From positions 355,182 through 419,181 of the forward strand of contig CAWCBP010000008.1 of assembly GCA_963793865.1 (NCBI GenBank): a stretch of DNA of 64,000 nucleotides, read 5' to 3'. Position 1 is the stretch's first letter; each line of letters starts with the position of its first letter. Positions 44,529 through 54,297 of the stretch are shown here, one piece after another. The notes under the pieces were generated by a model. The model was not told the origin of the DNA. It worked only from the letters and a program-made list of their open reading frames with translations, and did no database searches. The stretch comes from an uncultured delta proteobacterium (lineage in GTDB: Bacteria > Desulfobacterota > WTBG01). The position numbers and the translations under genes were made by a program.

Positions 44529-46088
44529 ATGGACAAAGAAAGACATGCGATCATTCTGGAGGCCTTGCGATCCGCCATTGGAAAGGAAAATGTCGAGGAC
44601 AGCCTTTCGGTGATGATGGCTTATCACCGCGACTGGCTGCCGCCGGGCGTGTTGAATCCCGTGCTCCCGGAATTCGTGACGCTTCCCAACGGCACCGAGG
44701 AGGTCCAGAAGGTAATCAGGATCTGCAACCGCTATAACGTGCCCTTCATTCCCCTGGGATCCAGCCAGTGGTCACTCACCACCGCGCCCAATCGCCCCGG
44801 GACACTGATCATTGACTCAAAGCGGATGGGCCGCATCCTGGAAATAGATGATAAAAACATGTACGCGGTCATTGAGCCGTATGTGACCATGGCACAGATT
44901 CACTCCGAGGCCAACCGGCGCGGTCTCTATCTGGGCAGCCCCGAGGCCAGCGCCCAGGCATCCGCCATGGCAGGCCACGTCTTTCAGGGCATGTGGGGGG
45001 TCGGCCACCGTGTGGGGGTCGGCCATCGCAATATCCTGGCCATGGAGTGGGTGCTGCCCAACGGGGAAATTGTAAGGACCGGCTCGTGGGCCACCAACAG
45101 CGGGACGCGCTTCTTCGGTGAAGGCCCGGGAATCGACCTGCGGGGCATGCTGCGCGGGCTCGCCGGGGCCATGGGCGGCGCGGGCATGGTAACCAAGATG
45201 GCCATCAAGCTTCATCCCTATCCCGGCCCCAAATTTTTCCCCTGCGAGGGAATGATACCCAACCACACCTCCACCCTGCCCGAAGACCGCTTCCAGTGGT
45301 ACATCATCAAGTATCCCTCGATTGAAAAGGCAGCCCATGCCATGTATGAAATCGCCCGGGCCGAGATCGGCGGGGTGCTGCAGAAGCTGCCCACGGTTTA
45401 TTTCAACTGGTGGTGGGCCAATTCCAATCAGGAGTACTGGGAAACCTGGCAGGAGGGCGTGTGGCAGAAGCACTGCAAGTACGCCGTTGAGGTGTGCCTG
45501 TGGGGCTTTACCTCGGAAAAGCAGCTCGAGTATGAAAAGCGGGTGCTCGAGGACATCATTAAAGAAACCAAGGGGAGCCTCATCCCCCGGGAGATTTTTG
45601 ACAAGTGGGTGCCCCGCACCGCCAACAACTGGATACGCGATACCAACGGATCCCGGATGATGCGGCCTTCCGGCACGTTCCTGGCGCTGCGGCTGCCCTT
45701 TGACACCATCAACAGCTCCATCGGCGTATGTGCGGACGGGGTGCGCTGGGTAGATAAGTTCAGCCCGCCCATACTGGACAGCGACGGGCCGGACTGGATC
45801 TCCACCTTTGACATGGGCCATTTCGGCTCAGCGGAGACGGATTTCCCGGTTGAGAAAAACCCCGAGGCGCTCGGCGATCTCATGCAGAAGCTCATGGGCA
45901 TGATGAAGGAGGATCTCTCGCGCAAGGTTGAGGGAGGGGTGGGTCCCTTCCTGGGCGGCCCCTATCATGGAATGGCGGGATCGGTTTTTTCCAACTACGG
46001 GAAGCTGCTGGGGGGCATCAAGAAGGCCATTGATCCCAAGGCAGTCGCCAACCCGCCGCACAATTACCCGATTGAAAGAAACGATTGA
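44529..46088 (+). CDS. Second FAD-binding oxidoreductase (VAO/PCMH/GlcD superfamily)
   Basis: LPNGTEEVQ, IDSKRMGRILEID, EWVLPNGEIVRTGS, GPGIDLRG, IDPKAVANP. Confidence 0.85.
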   Translation: MDKERHAIILEALRSAIGKENVEDSLSVMMAYHRDWLPPGVLNPVLPEFVTLPNGTEEVQKVIRICNRYNVPFIPLGSSQWSLTTAPNRPGTLIIDSKRMGRILEIDDKNMYAVIEPYVTMAQIHSEANRRGLYLGSPEASAQASAMAGHVFQGMWGVGHRVGVGHRNILAMEWVLPNGEIVRTGSWATNSGTRFFGEGPGIDLRGMLRGLAGAMGGAGMVTKMAIKLHPYPGPKFFPCEGMIPNHTSTLPEDRFQWYIIKYPSIEKAAHAMYEIARAEIGGVLQKLPTVYFNWWWANSNQEYWETWQEGVWQKHCKYAVEVCLWGFTSEKQLEYEKRVLEDIIKETKGSLIPREIFDKWVPRTANNWIRDTNGSRMMRPSGTFLALRLPFDTINSSIGVCADGVRWVDKFSPPILDSDGPDWISTFDMGHFGSAETDFPVEKNPEALGDLMQKLMGMMKEDLSRKVEGGVGPFLGGPYHGMAGSVFSNYGKLLGGIKKAIDPKAVANPPHNYPIERND

Positions 46089-46131
46089 GGCAGGTATTTA
46101 TCATCCGGCACAGAACAGGGAGAGATAACCG

Positions 46132-46470
46132 ATGGAACTGAAAGTTGACAGCTTGAAATGCACCGCCTGCAAGGCATGTGAATTTGCCTGCAATTATCAC
46201 TTTGACGGCACCAGCTCCCCGATAGGATCGAGCATCATGTTTTCCCGCGAGGAAAAGAAGAACTACTACGGAGCCATGGTCAAAAAAGCCAAAAGCCTGC
46301 TGCTCGCGCGCCCCGAGGGGCCTGAGGAGATCAAGCCCGGGCAGCAGATCCAGGGGGCGTCGGCCAGCAGCAAACCGATTCTGCTGCGGGTGGCCTGCAA
46401 TCTCTGCGAGGGAGAGGAAACCCCCTTCTGCGTCCGCATCTGTCCGCAGGGTGTGTTCAGCGTAGAATAG
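46132..46470 (+). CDS. 4Fe-4S ferredoxin-like protein (AOR partner type)
   Basis: CTACKACEFAC, CNLC..PFCVRICP. Confidence 0.8.
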   Translation: MELKVDSLKCTACKACEFACNYHFDGTSSPIGSSIMFSREEKKNYYGAMVKKAKSLLLARPEGPEEIKPGQQIQGASASSKPILLRVACNLCEGEETPFCVRICPQGVFSVE

Positions 46471-46524
46471 CCATCATTCCCCCCAGTCTATCCTTCGGCA
46501 CAGCGAAGCGAGAGGGCGGGTTTG

Positions 46525-46635
46525 ATGGAGGGCCATGCTCTGCCATGGCCGCATGGCATCATCGGACGCGACGGAGCGCGTCCCTCCATATGATTTTTTT
46601 ATTTACTGTAGGGGCGGCCGGCCGGTCGCCCCTGC
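46525..46635. repeat. Composite REP-like element (GGAGGG..CCCTCC doublet plus GTAG palindrome)
   Basis: 46525-46589 and 46608-46635; the junction closely resembles 26042-26110. Confidence 0.75.
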
Positions 46636-46723
46636 AGAGACCGATATTCGTATCAAGGCAGGGCTCTGTTACATCAGCCATCAAGATGTCGAGCATGACA
46701 ATAATCAGGTGAGAGGAGGCAGC

Positions 46724-48229
46724 ATGGATTTTGCAAACAATTACAACGGCACCATTCTTATAGTTGATCTGGAAAAGGGCGAGACCTCCAATGAGAGTCT
46801 CGATGAAGCGCTGGTTGAGGAATGCCTGGGCGGCGCCGCCCTCAATCTCAAGCTCTATGAGCAATACGCTGATCGCAACCCGGTGGTGCTGGGCACCGGC
46901 CTTTTCACCGCCACCTTTGTGCCCGCTGCCTGCCTGGGGGTGGCGACCTTCAAGAGCCCGCTCAACGGCGGCATCTGTCATGTGCCGCTGACCTGGCAGA
47001 CGGGGGTTGAACTGAAGCTCACCGGTTTTGATTTCGTGGTGTTGCTGGGTTCGTCCGCCAAGCCGGTTCGGCTGTGGCTGCACGACGGGCTGGCCGACGT
47101 GGAGGACTCCGCCGACGTGTGGGGGAAAAGCACCTGGGAGACGGTTGATGGGCTGCGGCAGACGTACGGCGATGACCAGGTGCAGGTGCTCTGCATCGGT
47201 CCGGCAGGGGAAAACAAGTCGGCCCTGGCGCAGGTTTCGGAAAGCTACTGGGGAAGCAAGGACAAGTCCGCCCTGGGCAGGGTCTTCGGGGAGAAGAACC
47301 TGAAGGCGGTCGCGCTGCGGGGACTGGGAATGCTGGAAGTGGCTGACGGATTTTTTGACCGCTGCGCCGGGCTGATGAAGGAGATAAACGGGGGTGCGCT
47401 GAAGGGCAAGCGGGGCCTCAAGGCAACCATGGCTTCGCTTCCCCAGGACCAGATGTCACCGGAGGTGCTGGATTCGCTTACCCACAGAAACAACGCCTGC
47501 TATAATTGTGCCTACGCCTGCAACACCTTTGTTAAGTACCGGGAACCGGCCGGCACCATGGCCATATCCGGCGTGGCCGAACCGGGATGCCAGATCACCG
47601 ACCTTTCGGGCTTGCTGAGCTTCGGCTTCCTGGGCAAGGACGCCGCGGCCGCGCTGGAACAATGCTTCCGTCTCGGGCTCGAGCCTTCAGGGGCGGCGCA
47701 GGTGGTGAAGGCGCAGGGCGCAAAGGACCTGCAGTCGGCAACCGAAAAGCTTGCGCTTCTGGCCGCGTCAGCCGGCGGGGTTAAAGAGGCCGGGCTCCCG
47801 CATTTTTGCGGGGTTTCTTCCTGGCCGATCAAGCCGTCCCCCGAGACCGGATTAGCCCAGGCCTTCGGGGTGTTCAGCAATGCCGTGCCGCCCATGCCGG
47901 TTGCTGCTTCCTGGGAGTCCTTCGGTGTCACGGGATCCGCTGTGGATAAGGCCGCCTGGTGGCTGAAGCGGCAGTCGCTTGCTTACATTCTGGGGATATG
48001 CCCCATCTTTGCCCTGGCCTCACCGGAACTGAGCGAGCAGAAGCTGGCTGAACTTGCCAACTGTTCGCTCGGCTGCGAAGACTTCGGGGCGGAAAAGCTT
48101 GAGCAGCTGGCGGTGGAGACCGTGCGCCGATCGCTCAAGGCGGGCGAGCGGCAGGGGGAGGTGCATCCCTCGCTTCGGGGTGACGGTTTTGAAGCCGCGT
48201 ACCGGGAGCTCGTGGCCCGCTTTTCCTAG
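46724..48229 (+). CDS. Aldehyde ferredoxin oxidoreductase-like protein (501 aa, shortened)
   Basis: AGGAGG RBS + ATG 46724; GFDFVVLLG, CIGPAGEN, FGEKNLKAV, CYNCAYAC, LGICPIF. Confidence 0.8.
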   Translation: MDFANNYNGTILIVDLEKGETSNESLDEALVEECLGGAALNLKLYEQYADRNPVVLGTGLFTATFVPAACLGVATFKSPLNGGICHVPLTWQTGVELKLTGFDFVVLLGSSAKPVRLWLHDGLADVEDSADVWGKSTWETVDGLRQTYGDDQVQVLCIGPAGENKSALAQVSESYWGSKDKSALGRVFGEKNLKAVALRGLGMLEVADGFFDRCAGLMKEINGGALKGKRGLKATMASLPQDQMSPEVLDSLTHRNNACYNCAYACNTFVKYREPAGTMAISGVAEPGCQITDLSGLLSFGFLGKDAAAALEQCFRLGLEPSGAAQVVKAQGAKDLQSATEKLALLAASAGGVKEAGLPHFCGVSSWPIKPSPETGLAQAFGVFSNAVPPMPVAASWESFGVTGSAVDKAAWWLKRQSLAYILGICPIFALASPELSEQKLAELANCSLGCEDFGAEKLEQLAVETVRRSLKAGERQGEVHPSLRGDGFEAAYRELVARFS

Positions 48230-48285
48230 AGGAAGCAGTGTCTACCGGCATATTGTAAACATATTTGACACGGAGGAATGCTCGC

Positions 48286-49473
48286 ATGAAGAAGGCGTTA
48301 GACGGCATAAAAGTGCTTGATTTGTCACGGGCGCTGGCAGGTCCTTACTGTACCATGATGCTTGCCGACATGGGCGCGGAGGTCATAAAAGTGGAGATGC
48401 CCGGCACCGGCGATGATTCCCGCGCGTGGGGACCGCCGTTCGTCGAAGGTGAGAGCGCCTATTTCATGAGCATCAACCGCAACAAGAAAAGCATCACCCT
48501 GGACATGAAGGGCGGCAAGGCAATCGAAATCATCATGAAGCTCATCAAGGGGTCCGACGTGCTGGTGGAGAACTTCAGGCCCGGTGCCATGGAGCGCCTG
48601 GGGCTTGCCTACCAGCAGGTGAAGGCGGTGAACCCGCGCCTGGTGTATTGCAGCATTTCCGGCTTCGGGCAGAACGGGCCGTATCGCATGCTTCCCGGCT
48701 TTGACCAGGTGCTGCAGGGCATGGGGGGATTGATGAGCATTACCGGTGAGCCTGATGGTCCGCCGGTAAAGGTGGGTGTGCCCATAGCCGACATAACCGC
48801 CGGCATGTTCGCCGCCTACGGCATTGCCATTGCGCTTTTTACCCGGGAGAAGACCGGCAGCGGGCAGATGGTGGACATCTCCCTGCTGGACAGCCAGGTG
48901 GCCCTGCTTACCTATCGCGCCGGCTCCTTTTTCGCGTCGGGTGAGATACCCAAACGGGTTGGCTCCGGGCACCCGGTCATCGTTCCCTACCAGGCCTTCA
49001 AGGCCAGGGATGTGTATATCAATATCGCGGTGGGCAATGACCAGCTGTGGGGAAAATTCTGCAAGGCGGCCGGGCTGGAAGGTATAGTGAACGACCCGCG
49101 GTTTGCCACCAATGCGAAGAGGGTGCAGAACCGCGATGAGGTGGTGAAGGTGGTGGGTGATTTGATTGCCACCAAAAACGGGGAGGAGTGGCTGAAAATC
49201 CTCACCGATGCGGGCATTCCCTGCGGGCCCATCTACACGGTGGACAAGATTTTCTCCGATCCCCAGGTCATTCACCGCCAGATGGTGACCGAATTGCACC
49301 ATCCCAAAGCCGGCACCATCAAGGTAACCGGCAACCCGGTGAAATTATCCGACACGCCCGGCGAGCCGTCCGTGGCGCCGCCGCTTCTCGGTCAGCACAC
49401 GCAGGAGGTGCTTGAGGGATTGGGATATTCCGCAAAGGAAATAGAGGAGCTTAAGCAGGCCAAGCTTATTTGA
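48286..49473 (+). CDS. CaiB/BaiF family III CoA-transferase
   Basis: VLDLSRALAGPYCTMMLADMGAEVIKVE, NRNKKS, ENFRPG, GFDQVLQ, PLLGQHT. Confidence 0.93.
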   Translation: MKKALDGIKVLDLSRALAGPYCTMMLADMGAEVIKVEMPGTGDDSRAWGPPFVEGESAYFMSINRNKKSITLDMKGGKAIEIIMKLIKGSDVLVENFRPGAMERLGLAYQQVKAVNPRLVYCSISGFGQNGPYRMLPGFDQVLQGMGGLMSITGEPDGPPVKVGVPIADITAGMFAAYGIAIALFTREKTGSGQMVDISLLDSQVALLTYRAGSFFASGEIPKRVGSGHPVIVPYQAFKARDVYINIAVGNDQLWGKFCKAAGLEGIVNDPRFATNAKRVQNRDEVVKVVGDLIATKNGEEWLKILTDAGIPCGPIYTVDKIFSDPQVIHRQMVTELHHPKAGTIKVTGNPVKLSDTPGEPSVAPPLLGQHTQEVLEGLGYSAKEIEELKQAKLI

Positions 49474-49658
49474 TCCGGCTGCTCCTGACGTCATTCCGGT
49501 GTGGTCCCTGCCCTGAACGACAGGGCGGGTTGTGTGCGGTGGGGCTGATAATCGAGCGTTTTGTGCGAAAAGGCTTTGACAAGAAGTGCCGGCCATGCTA
49601 TGTAGAAGCTAGTTATGAGGCAATAACCAGGCTACTAACTTAGTAAAAGGAGGGCTTT

Positions 49659-49931
49659 ATGACCAAAGCAGGATTAGTTGCTCGGATGGCAAAGGATGCC
49701 AAAATAAGCAAGGCGGCAGCCAACAAGGCGCTCGGCGGCGCGATCGATGAAATCACCAAGACGCTCAAGAAAGGCCAGAGCGTTACGCTCATCGGGTTCG
49801 GGACCTTTTCGGTTGCCAAAAGAAAGGCCCGCAAAGGCAGAAATCCCCAGACCGGAAAAGTGATCACCATCGCGGCGCGGCGGGTTCCCAAGTTCAAGGC
49901 GGGTGCCGGGCTGAAGAAGGCGGTAAAGTAG
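49659..49931 (+). CDS. hup: HU family DNA-binding protein
   Basis: GFGTF, RKGRNPQTG, PKFKAG; AGGAGG RBS. Confidence 0.95.
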   Translation: MTKAGLVARMAKDAKISKAAANKALGGAIDEITKTLKKGQSVTLIGFGTFSVAKRKARKGRNPQTGKVITIAARRVPKFKAGAGLKKAVK

Positions 49932-49987
49932 ATCCGGTTGTAAGGGACATGTGTTTTAGATTGACTGCGTTGAACGCTGATAATTGA

Positions 49988-50020
49988 AACAACCCTGATA
50001 GTTTTGCTATCAGGGTTGTT
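49988..50020 (+). terminator. Hairpin terminator after hup
   Basis: AACAACCCTGATAG-TTTTG-CTATCAGGGTTGTT, 14-bp perfect stem. Confidence 0.6.
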
Positions 50021-50047
50021 CTGTTTTGGACCAATGCTTCCATCGGA

Positions 50048-50115
50048 TCATCCTGCGACTTGGTCGCGGGATCCAATAAAATGAGTTACTGGATTCTGCG
50101 GTGACCGCAGGATAA
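50048..50115. repeat. GTCAT..ATGAC-type two-hairpin REP-like element
   Basis: Homologous to 61472-61544 and to the reverse complement of 54298-54370. Confidence 0.7.
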
Positions 50116-50176
50116 GTCCGGAGTAAACATTTCGCGTTCTCTATTGGTCAGTTATCAAACCGGGACAGAGCGTCCT

Positions 50177-50200
50177 CTAACAACAACCCCGCATGGTTAG
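50177..50200 (-). terminator. Terminator-like hairpin downstream of the B12 radical SAM gene
   Basis: CCCCGC-N7-GCGGGG followed by TTGTTGTT on minus strand. Confidence 0.45.
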
Positions 50201-50262
50201 CGGGGTGTGTCAATTTTGCTCTTGCGATGCGACCACAAATCTGTCATGAGCGATTGGTGTAT

Positions 50263-52062
50263 TCAGCTGCTCAGAGCTGATCGGCGTGAGGGGCGGGACT
50301 CCATTTCCCGGGGCAGGGGCGAATCATTGTCGCTGGAAATGAGATTGGTGATGTTGGTGAATGCCCCGTTGGCAATCTGGCTGAAATTGCGCATCTCTAT
50401 CTGGTTTCTCTTCTTGAACAGCCTGCTGAGATTCTTCATCACCAGCAGGTTGGCCGCTTTGGGCGAAAGATACTCCACCCCCTTGAAGTCGATCACGATT
50501 TTTCGCTGCCCCTTGTTGAGAAAGGAGCTGAGCCGCTTGAACAGCTTTTTGGCAGCACTCAGATCAAGAGAGCCTTCCAGCTTGATGAAAAGTGTTCGAA
50601 ATCGTTCATTGTGCGTGGCCTTGACCTTGAGCAGCCTGCCGGCGCTCTTGAGCATCTGCTGGCTCTTTGCGAAGGTGGCGTCCACAAAGGTGGGGACAAG
50701 ATTCTTTTTGTCCTTGATGGGGATGGAGGTATTTAATTTGCCGAGCACTCTGGACATGATGGGTATCCTGCCCTTCGGGGCCCGCATCACCATTCTGCGG
50801 AAGGCTACATTGCTCACCAGCTCGGGAACAACCCTTTTCGTGGGAGGCATCAGAATGCGTTTGGCGATGGACGCATAGGAATAGATTTCCTGGAACGCCC
50901 AGCTGTAGCCGTTGAACAGGGTTTCTTCGGATATGAGCTTAGGCTTGAACACCACGTTTGAACCATTGTACCGCGACCAGTCCTTGTGCAATATGCGTCC
51001 ATCCTCGTCCATCCGCTTATAGAGACGGGTCCCGGGGACGGGGGTGAGGATGAAAAAGATGGGGAGGTCTATTTTATTCTTTTCACAGAATCGCACCGTG
51101 CGCTCAAAAACCGCATCATCATCGTGGTCAAAGCCGAAGATAAAGCTCCCCACGATCATGATGCCGTGATCGCGGATTTTTTTAATGGCATCCTCGTAGC
51201 GCGAGACGTTGTTGATGGATTTATTCATGGCGGCAAGGTTGTCCTGGGTAAGAGACTCGATGCCCACGAACAGTGCATAGCAGCCGCTTGCGGCGGCCAG
51301 TTTCAGGAGCTCGGTATCCTTGGCCATGGTCAGGCTGCCCTGGCTGGTCCATATCCTCTTGAGCGGGGCCAGCTTTTGAAACAGCTCCTTGGCGTAAGCA
51401 GGCCTGCCCATGATATTGTCATCGACAAAGGTGAAGTACCCCCCCGACGGGAGCTGCCTGACTTCCTCGATGACCTCGTCCACCGGCCGGTAGCGATAGG
51501 TGTCTCCGAAAAATTGGGCGACCGAGCAGAAGTCGCAGCTGAAAGGACAGCCGCGGGTGGCCTGAACGCAGTTGACGGTCCAGTAATGCTCCTTTTTGAG
51601 CAGGTCCAGGCGGGGATGCGGCTGCGACTGCAAGGTGCAAAAGCCGCTGCTCCGGTAAAATGGCTGCAGGCGCCCCCGCTGAAAATCTTCCAGCAACCCC
51701 TTCCATACCCCTTCCGCCTCTCCGATAACCACTGCATCAACATGCTGCTTGGCTTCCTCAGGGAGGCTCGAGGCGTGGAGTCCGCCCATGACCACGGGGA
51801 TGTTGCGCTCCCGGAAGCGGTCGGCAATCTCATAGGCCCGGATGGCGTGCATGGTCATCGCGGTCAGACCCACTAGGTCCACATCCTCGTTGAAATTGAT
51901 CTCCTCGACATTCTCGTCGGTGATGGCTACTTCAATCTCCGGTGGGGTCAGTGCGGCGATGGTGGTCAGGCTGAGTCGGGCAAACCAGTAGGACTTGATG
52001 TCCTTGTTGGTCTGCATCAGCAGGTTGTCCTTGGGGGCGGGGTCTATAAGTCGGATCTTCAA
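50263..52062 (-). CDS. Cobalamin-binding radical SAM protein (DUF4070-type) with C-terminal STAS-like domain
   Basis: DLVGLT..VVMGGLHAS B12 domain; RGCPFSCDFC, FVDDN, FVGIES, FIFGFDHD; LFIKLEGSLD..KIVIDFKGVEYL. Confidence 0.85.
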   Translation of the reverse strand: MKIRLIDPAPKDNLLMQTNKDIKSYWFARLSLTTIAALTPPEIEVAITDENVEEINFNEDVDLVGLTAMTMHAIRAYEIADRFRERNIPVVMGGLHASSLPEEAKQHVDAVVIGEAEGVWKGLLEDFQRGRLQPFYRSSGFCTLQSQPHPRLDLLKKEHYWTVNCVQATRGCPFSCDFCSVAQFFGDTYRYRPVDEVIEEVRQLPSGGYFTFVDDNIMGRPAYAKELFQKLAPLKRIWTSQGSLTMAKDTELLKLAAASGCYALFVGIESLTQDNLAAMNKSINNVSRYEDAIKKIRDHGIMIVGSFIFGFDHDDDAVFERTVRFCEKNKIDLPIFFILTPVPGTRLYKRMDEDGRILHKDWSRYNGSNVVFKPKLISEETLFNGYSWAFQEIYSYASIAKRILMPPTKRVVPELVSNVAFRRMVMRAPKGRIPIMSRVLGKLNTSIPIKDKKNLVPTFVDATFAKSQQMLKSAGRLLKVKATHNERFRTLFIKLEGSLDLSAAKKLFKRLSSFLNKGQRKIVIDFKGVEYLSPKAANLLVMKNLSRLFKKRNQIEMRNFSQIANGAFTNITNLISSDNDSPLPREMESRPSRRSALSS

Positions 52063-52187
52063 GATGTCTTCTCCTTGTGGTGCGCGGGCACGGTTATGAC
52101 AGAAAATGAACTTTTACGGTGCGATCGTCTATGCGCGTGCAATCAGGTATAACATGCGGTATGCGGATCGTCAACCGGCAACGAATG

Positions 52188-52844
52188 TTATTCGAGGGTT
52201 ATGGTTACCTCGTGCGGACTTTCACTTTCGCTGAGAGCGATAATGGTGCTCCCGTCGAGGAGCTGCTGGTCGGTGAGGGAAGCGCTCATGAAGTCATGAA
52301 TCTGCTGTTTTCGCACGACAAGGATCATCTCTTCATAGGTGGCATAACGATACTTGTCTTTTATTTTCTTTTGCACGCCCCAGCGCGTGCTGATCATGAT
52401 TCCCGCCACATCCGTGTCCTCAAGCAGCGCCGTTTCCGAAGCCGCGATGGAGAGCAGCGGCCTGCTGTATGCGGCAAAGACGGCAGCGGCCCGTTTTGCA
52501 AAAGTGGTTTTGTCGTCGTTAAACGAGGCGGAACACTTGGTGTTGATGGAAAGGTATGTGTCATACCTGTTCTTGAGCTGGAACTTGCGAAAGCAAATGC
52601 CGGATATGAGGAAAAACTCCAGCTTGGATGAGCTGAAGCGGTCCCTGATCCCGTTATAAATGGCGTTCAAACTGCTCCGGTGCTTGAGGACCAGCAGCCT
52701 GTCCTCCTGTGATTCATACATCTCGGGAGCCGCAATGACGGATTCACCCGCCAGCGGTTTGTGCCGGTGATATGCCTGACAGGATGTGCCGGCGATGAGC
52801 ACCACCGCCGCGGCAGCCTGAAGAATGCGACGCTTCCGGAACAT
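52188..52844 (-). CDS. Hypothetical lipoprotein
   Basis: MFRKRRILQAAAAVVLIAGTSC signal with Cys; 218 aa. Confidence 0.65.
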   Translation of the reverse strand: MFRKRRILQAAAAVVLIAGTSCQAYHRHKPLAGESVIAAPEMYESQEDRLLVLKHRSSLNAIYNGIRDRFSSSKLEFFLISGICFRKFQLKNRYDTYLSINTKCSASFNDDKTTFAKRAAAVFAAYSRPLLSIAASETALLEDTDVAGIMISTRWGVQKKIKDKYRYATYEEMILVVRKQQIHDFMSASLTDQQLLDGSTIIALSESESPHEVTITLE

Positions 52845-52919
52845 CTGCTTTCACCGCCTCACGGTTAAAGTTCCGCGCTGCCTGCTGATGAGCTTTGCGA
52901 GGAGCAGCTGCCGGGCAGG

Positions 52920-53171
52920 TTATACCTGCTCTGCCTGATCATACCCGCCGCTCTCGTCCTGGGCGGGTTCCTTCTGCTTGCGGGAGGGCAGCTGCGCTGC
53001 CAGGAGGTGGGTATCTACAAATTCCGAGAACTCGAGCAGGTCGGGCAGCTGCTTTGACAGTTCCTGCTCATACTGCCTTCGTTCGTCTTCCTGCATTCGG
53101 CCGAGAATTCTCTTGTCAAGTACCTTCATGGAAACCTCCGTCATACCCTGACCATAACTGGGGATGTTCAT
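52920..53171 (-). CDS. Hypothetical protein (83 aa)
   Basis: Protein-like charged helical sequence; ATGA overlap with upstream ORF. Confidence 0.5.
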   Translation of the reverse strand: MNIPSYGQGMTEVSMKVLDKRILGRMQEDERRQYEQELSKQLPDLLEFSEFVDTHLLAAQLPSRKQKEPAQDESGGYDQAEQV

Positions 53172-53467
53172 TGAGCGTCTGTCGCAGGCGGTGCATCCGG
53201 CGCGAGCACTCTGATGCCGTCAATGGATACGGGAATGTCAGGACACAGCTTATGCATGATGCTGATGATGTTTCGGCAGATGTCCTCCATTGCCCTGTAT
53301 CCCATGCCCTGCTCAACGAATTTCCCTATGTATTTGTCCTGGTCAACAGTGATGATCTGCAAAAAATCCGGATTGTTGTCCTGGAAATAAAAGCGGTTGA
53401 GCGGATTGGACCTGTCAAGCCCTTCCTGAAGCTTTGCATTTATCCTGATCCCGAGAAACGGTTTCAA
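53168..53467 (-). CDS. Hypothetical protein (99 aa)
   Basis: Globular composition; coupled to the downstream ORF. Confidence 0.6.
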   Translation of the reverse strand: MKPFLGIRINAKLQEGLDRSNPLNRFYFQDNNPDFLQIITVDQDKYIGKFVEQGMGYRAMEDICRNIISIMHKLCPDIPVSIDGIRVLAPDAPPATDAQ

Positions 53468-53667
53468 ACCTTCAAAGTCCTCTCACCGGTGCGGCTGATT
53501 GATACAAAGTGCGAATGCACTCTAACAGATTTTGCCCAAAAGTAAAGGGCTTTTTGGGGCAGCAGGCGGAGCGGGGCTCACGCGGCTTTGCTGACATCAC
53601 CTGGCACGCATGCGCAAGGGGGGGGTAACCGGGTGCTTATAGGGCCTCAGTGCCGGGAGACGGTGTG

Positions 53668-54180
53668 TCATTCACCCTCCCCGGGCACTGGGGGAGGGGT
53701 GACATCCTCTCCGCCGCTCTCGGGAGCGGGTACGCCGTCATCTTCGGGTATCACGGGAGACAGGTCCCTGTCCTCCGCCGGCACTGATGTTTCAGGCTGC
53801 TCATAATACGCTTCATACGAAGAGGTGATGAAGGTCGGATAAATAAGGCACGAATCATAAACCGGCACGGGGAAGGTAATGAGGTCGTAGGCGCCCACCA
53901 CCAGGCGCCATAACCCGATGCCAATGCCGGTAAACAGGCCTTCAATGGCACCCGCGGCCGTTTCAACTCCGTAGCGCGAATTTTCATCGGCGTGATCTGC
54001 CAGGATGTACATCTGATTGGGCACCTCAAGCGGCGACGTGACCACGTTCACCGCGCCCCGGGCAAATTTCAAAAACGGTTTGGTCAGCAAAGGCCTTTCG
54101 GCCTGATCCCCGGCGGCCGCCGTGAGCGGAGCGGCGAAACACAACAGAATGGAAAGTGCAAAGGGTATCCATGACTTCAT
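53668..54180 (-). CDS. Exosortase-system-associated protein, TIGR04073-like
   Basis: AGGAGA RBS + ATG 54180; KFARGAVNVVTSPLEVP..GLWRLVVGAYDLITFPVP; acidic Pro-rich tail. Confidence 0.75.
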   Translation of the reverse strand: MKSWIPFALSILLCFAAPLTAAAGDQAERPLLTKPFLKFARGAVNVVTSPLEVPNQMYILADHADENSRYGVETAAGAIEGLFTGIGIGLWRLVVGAYDLITFPVPVYDSCLIYPTFITSSYEAYYEQPETSVPAEDRDLSPVIPEDDGVPAPESGGEDVTPPPVPGEGE

Positions 54181-54297
54181 GGCCGTATCTCCTGTTTGAA
54201 TGATGCGCGCAGGTATTGGCGTGCCTGCGGGTTTGTTTATACCAGTATAGTGAGCAAGAAACAAGCAAAATGTGAGTTGCGTGCAGCCAAAGGTGTT

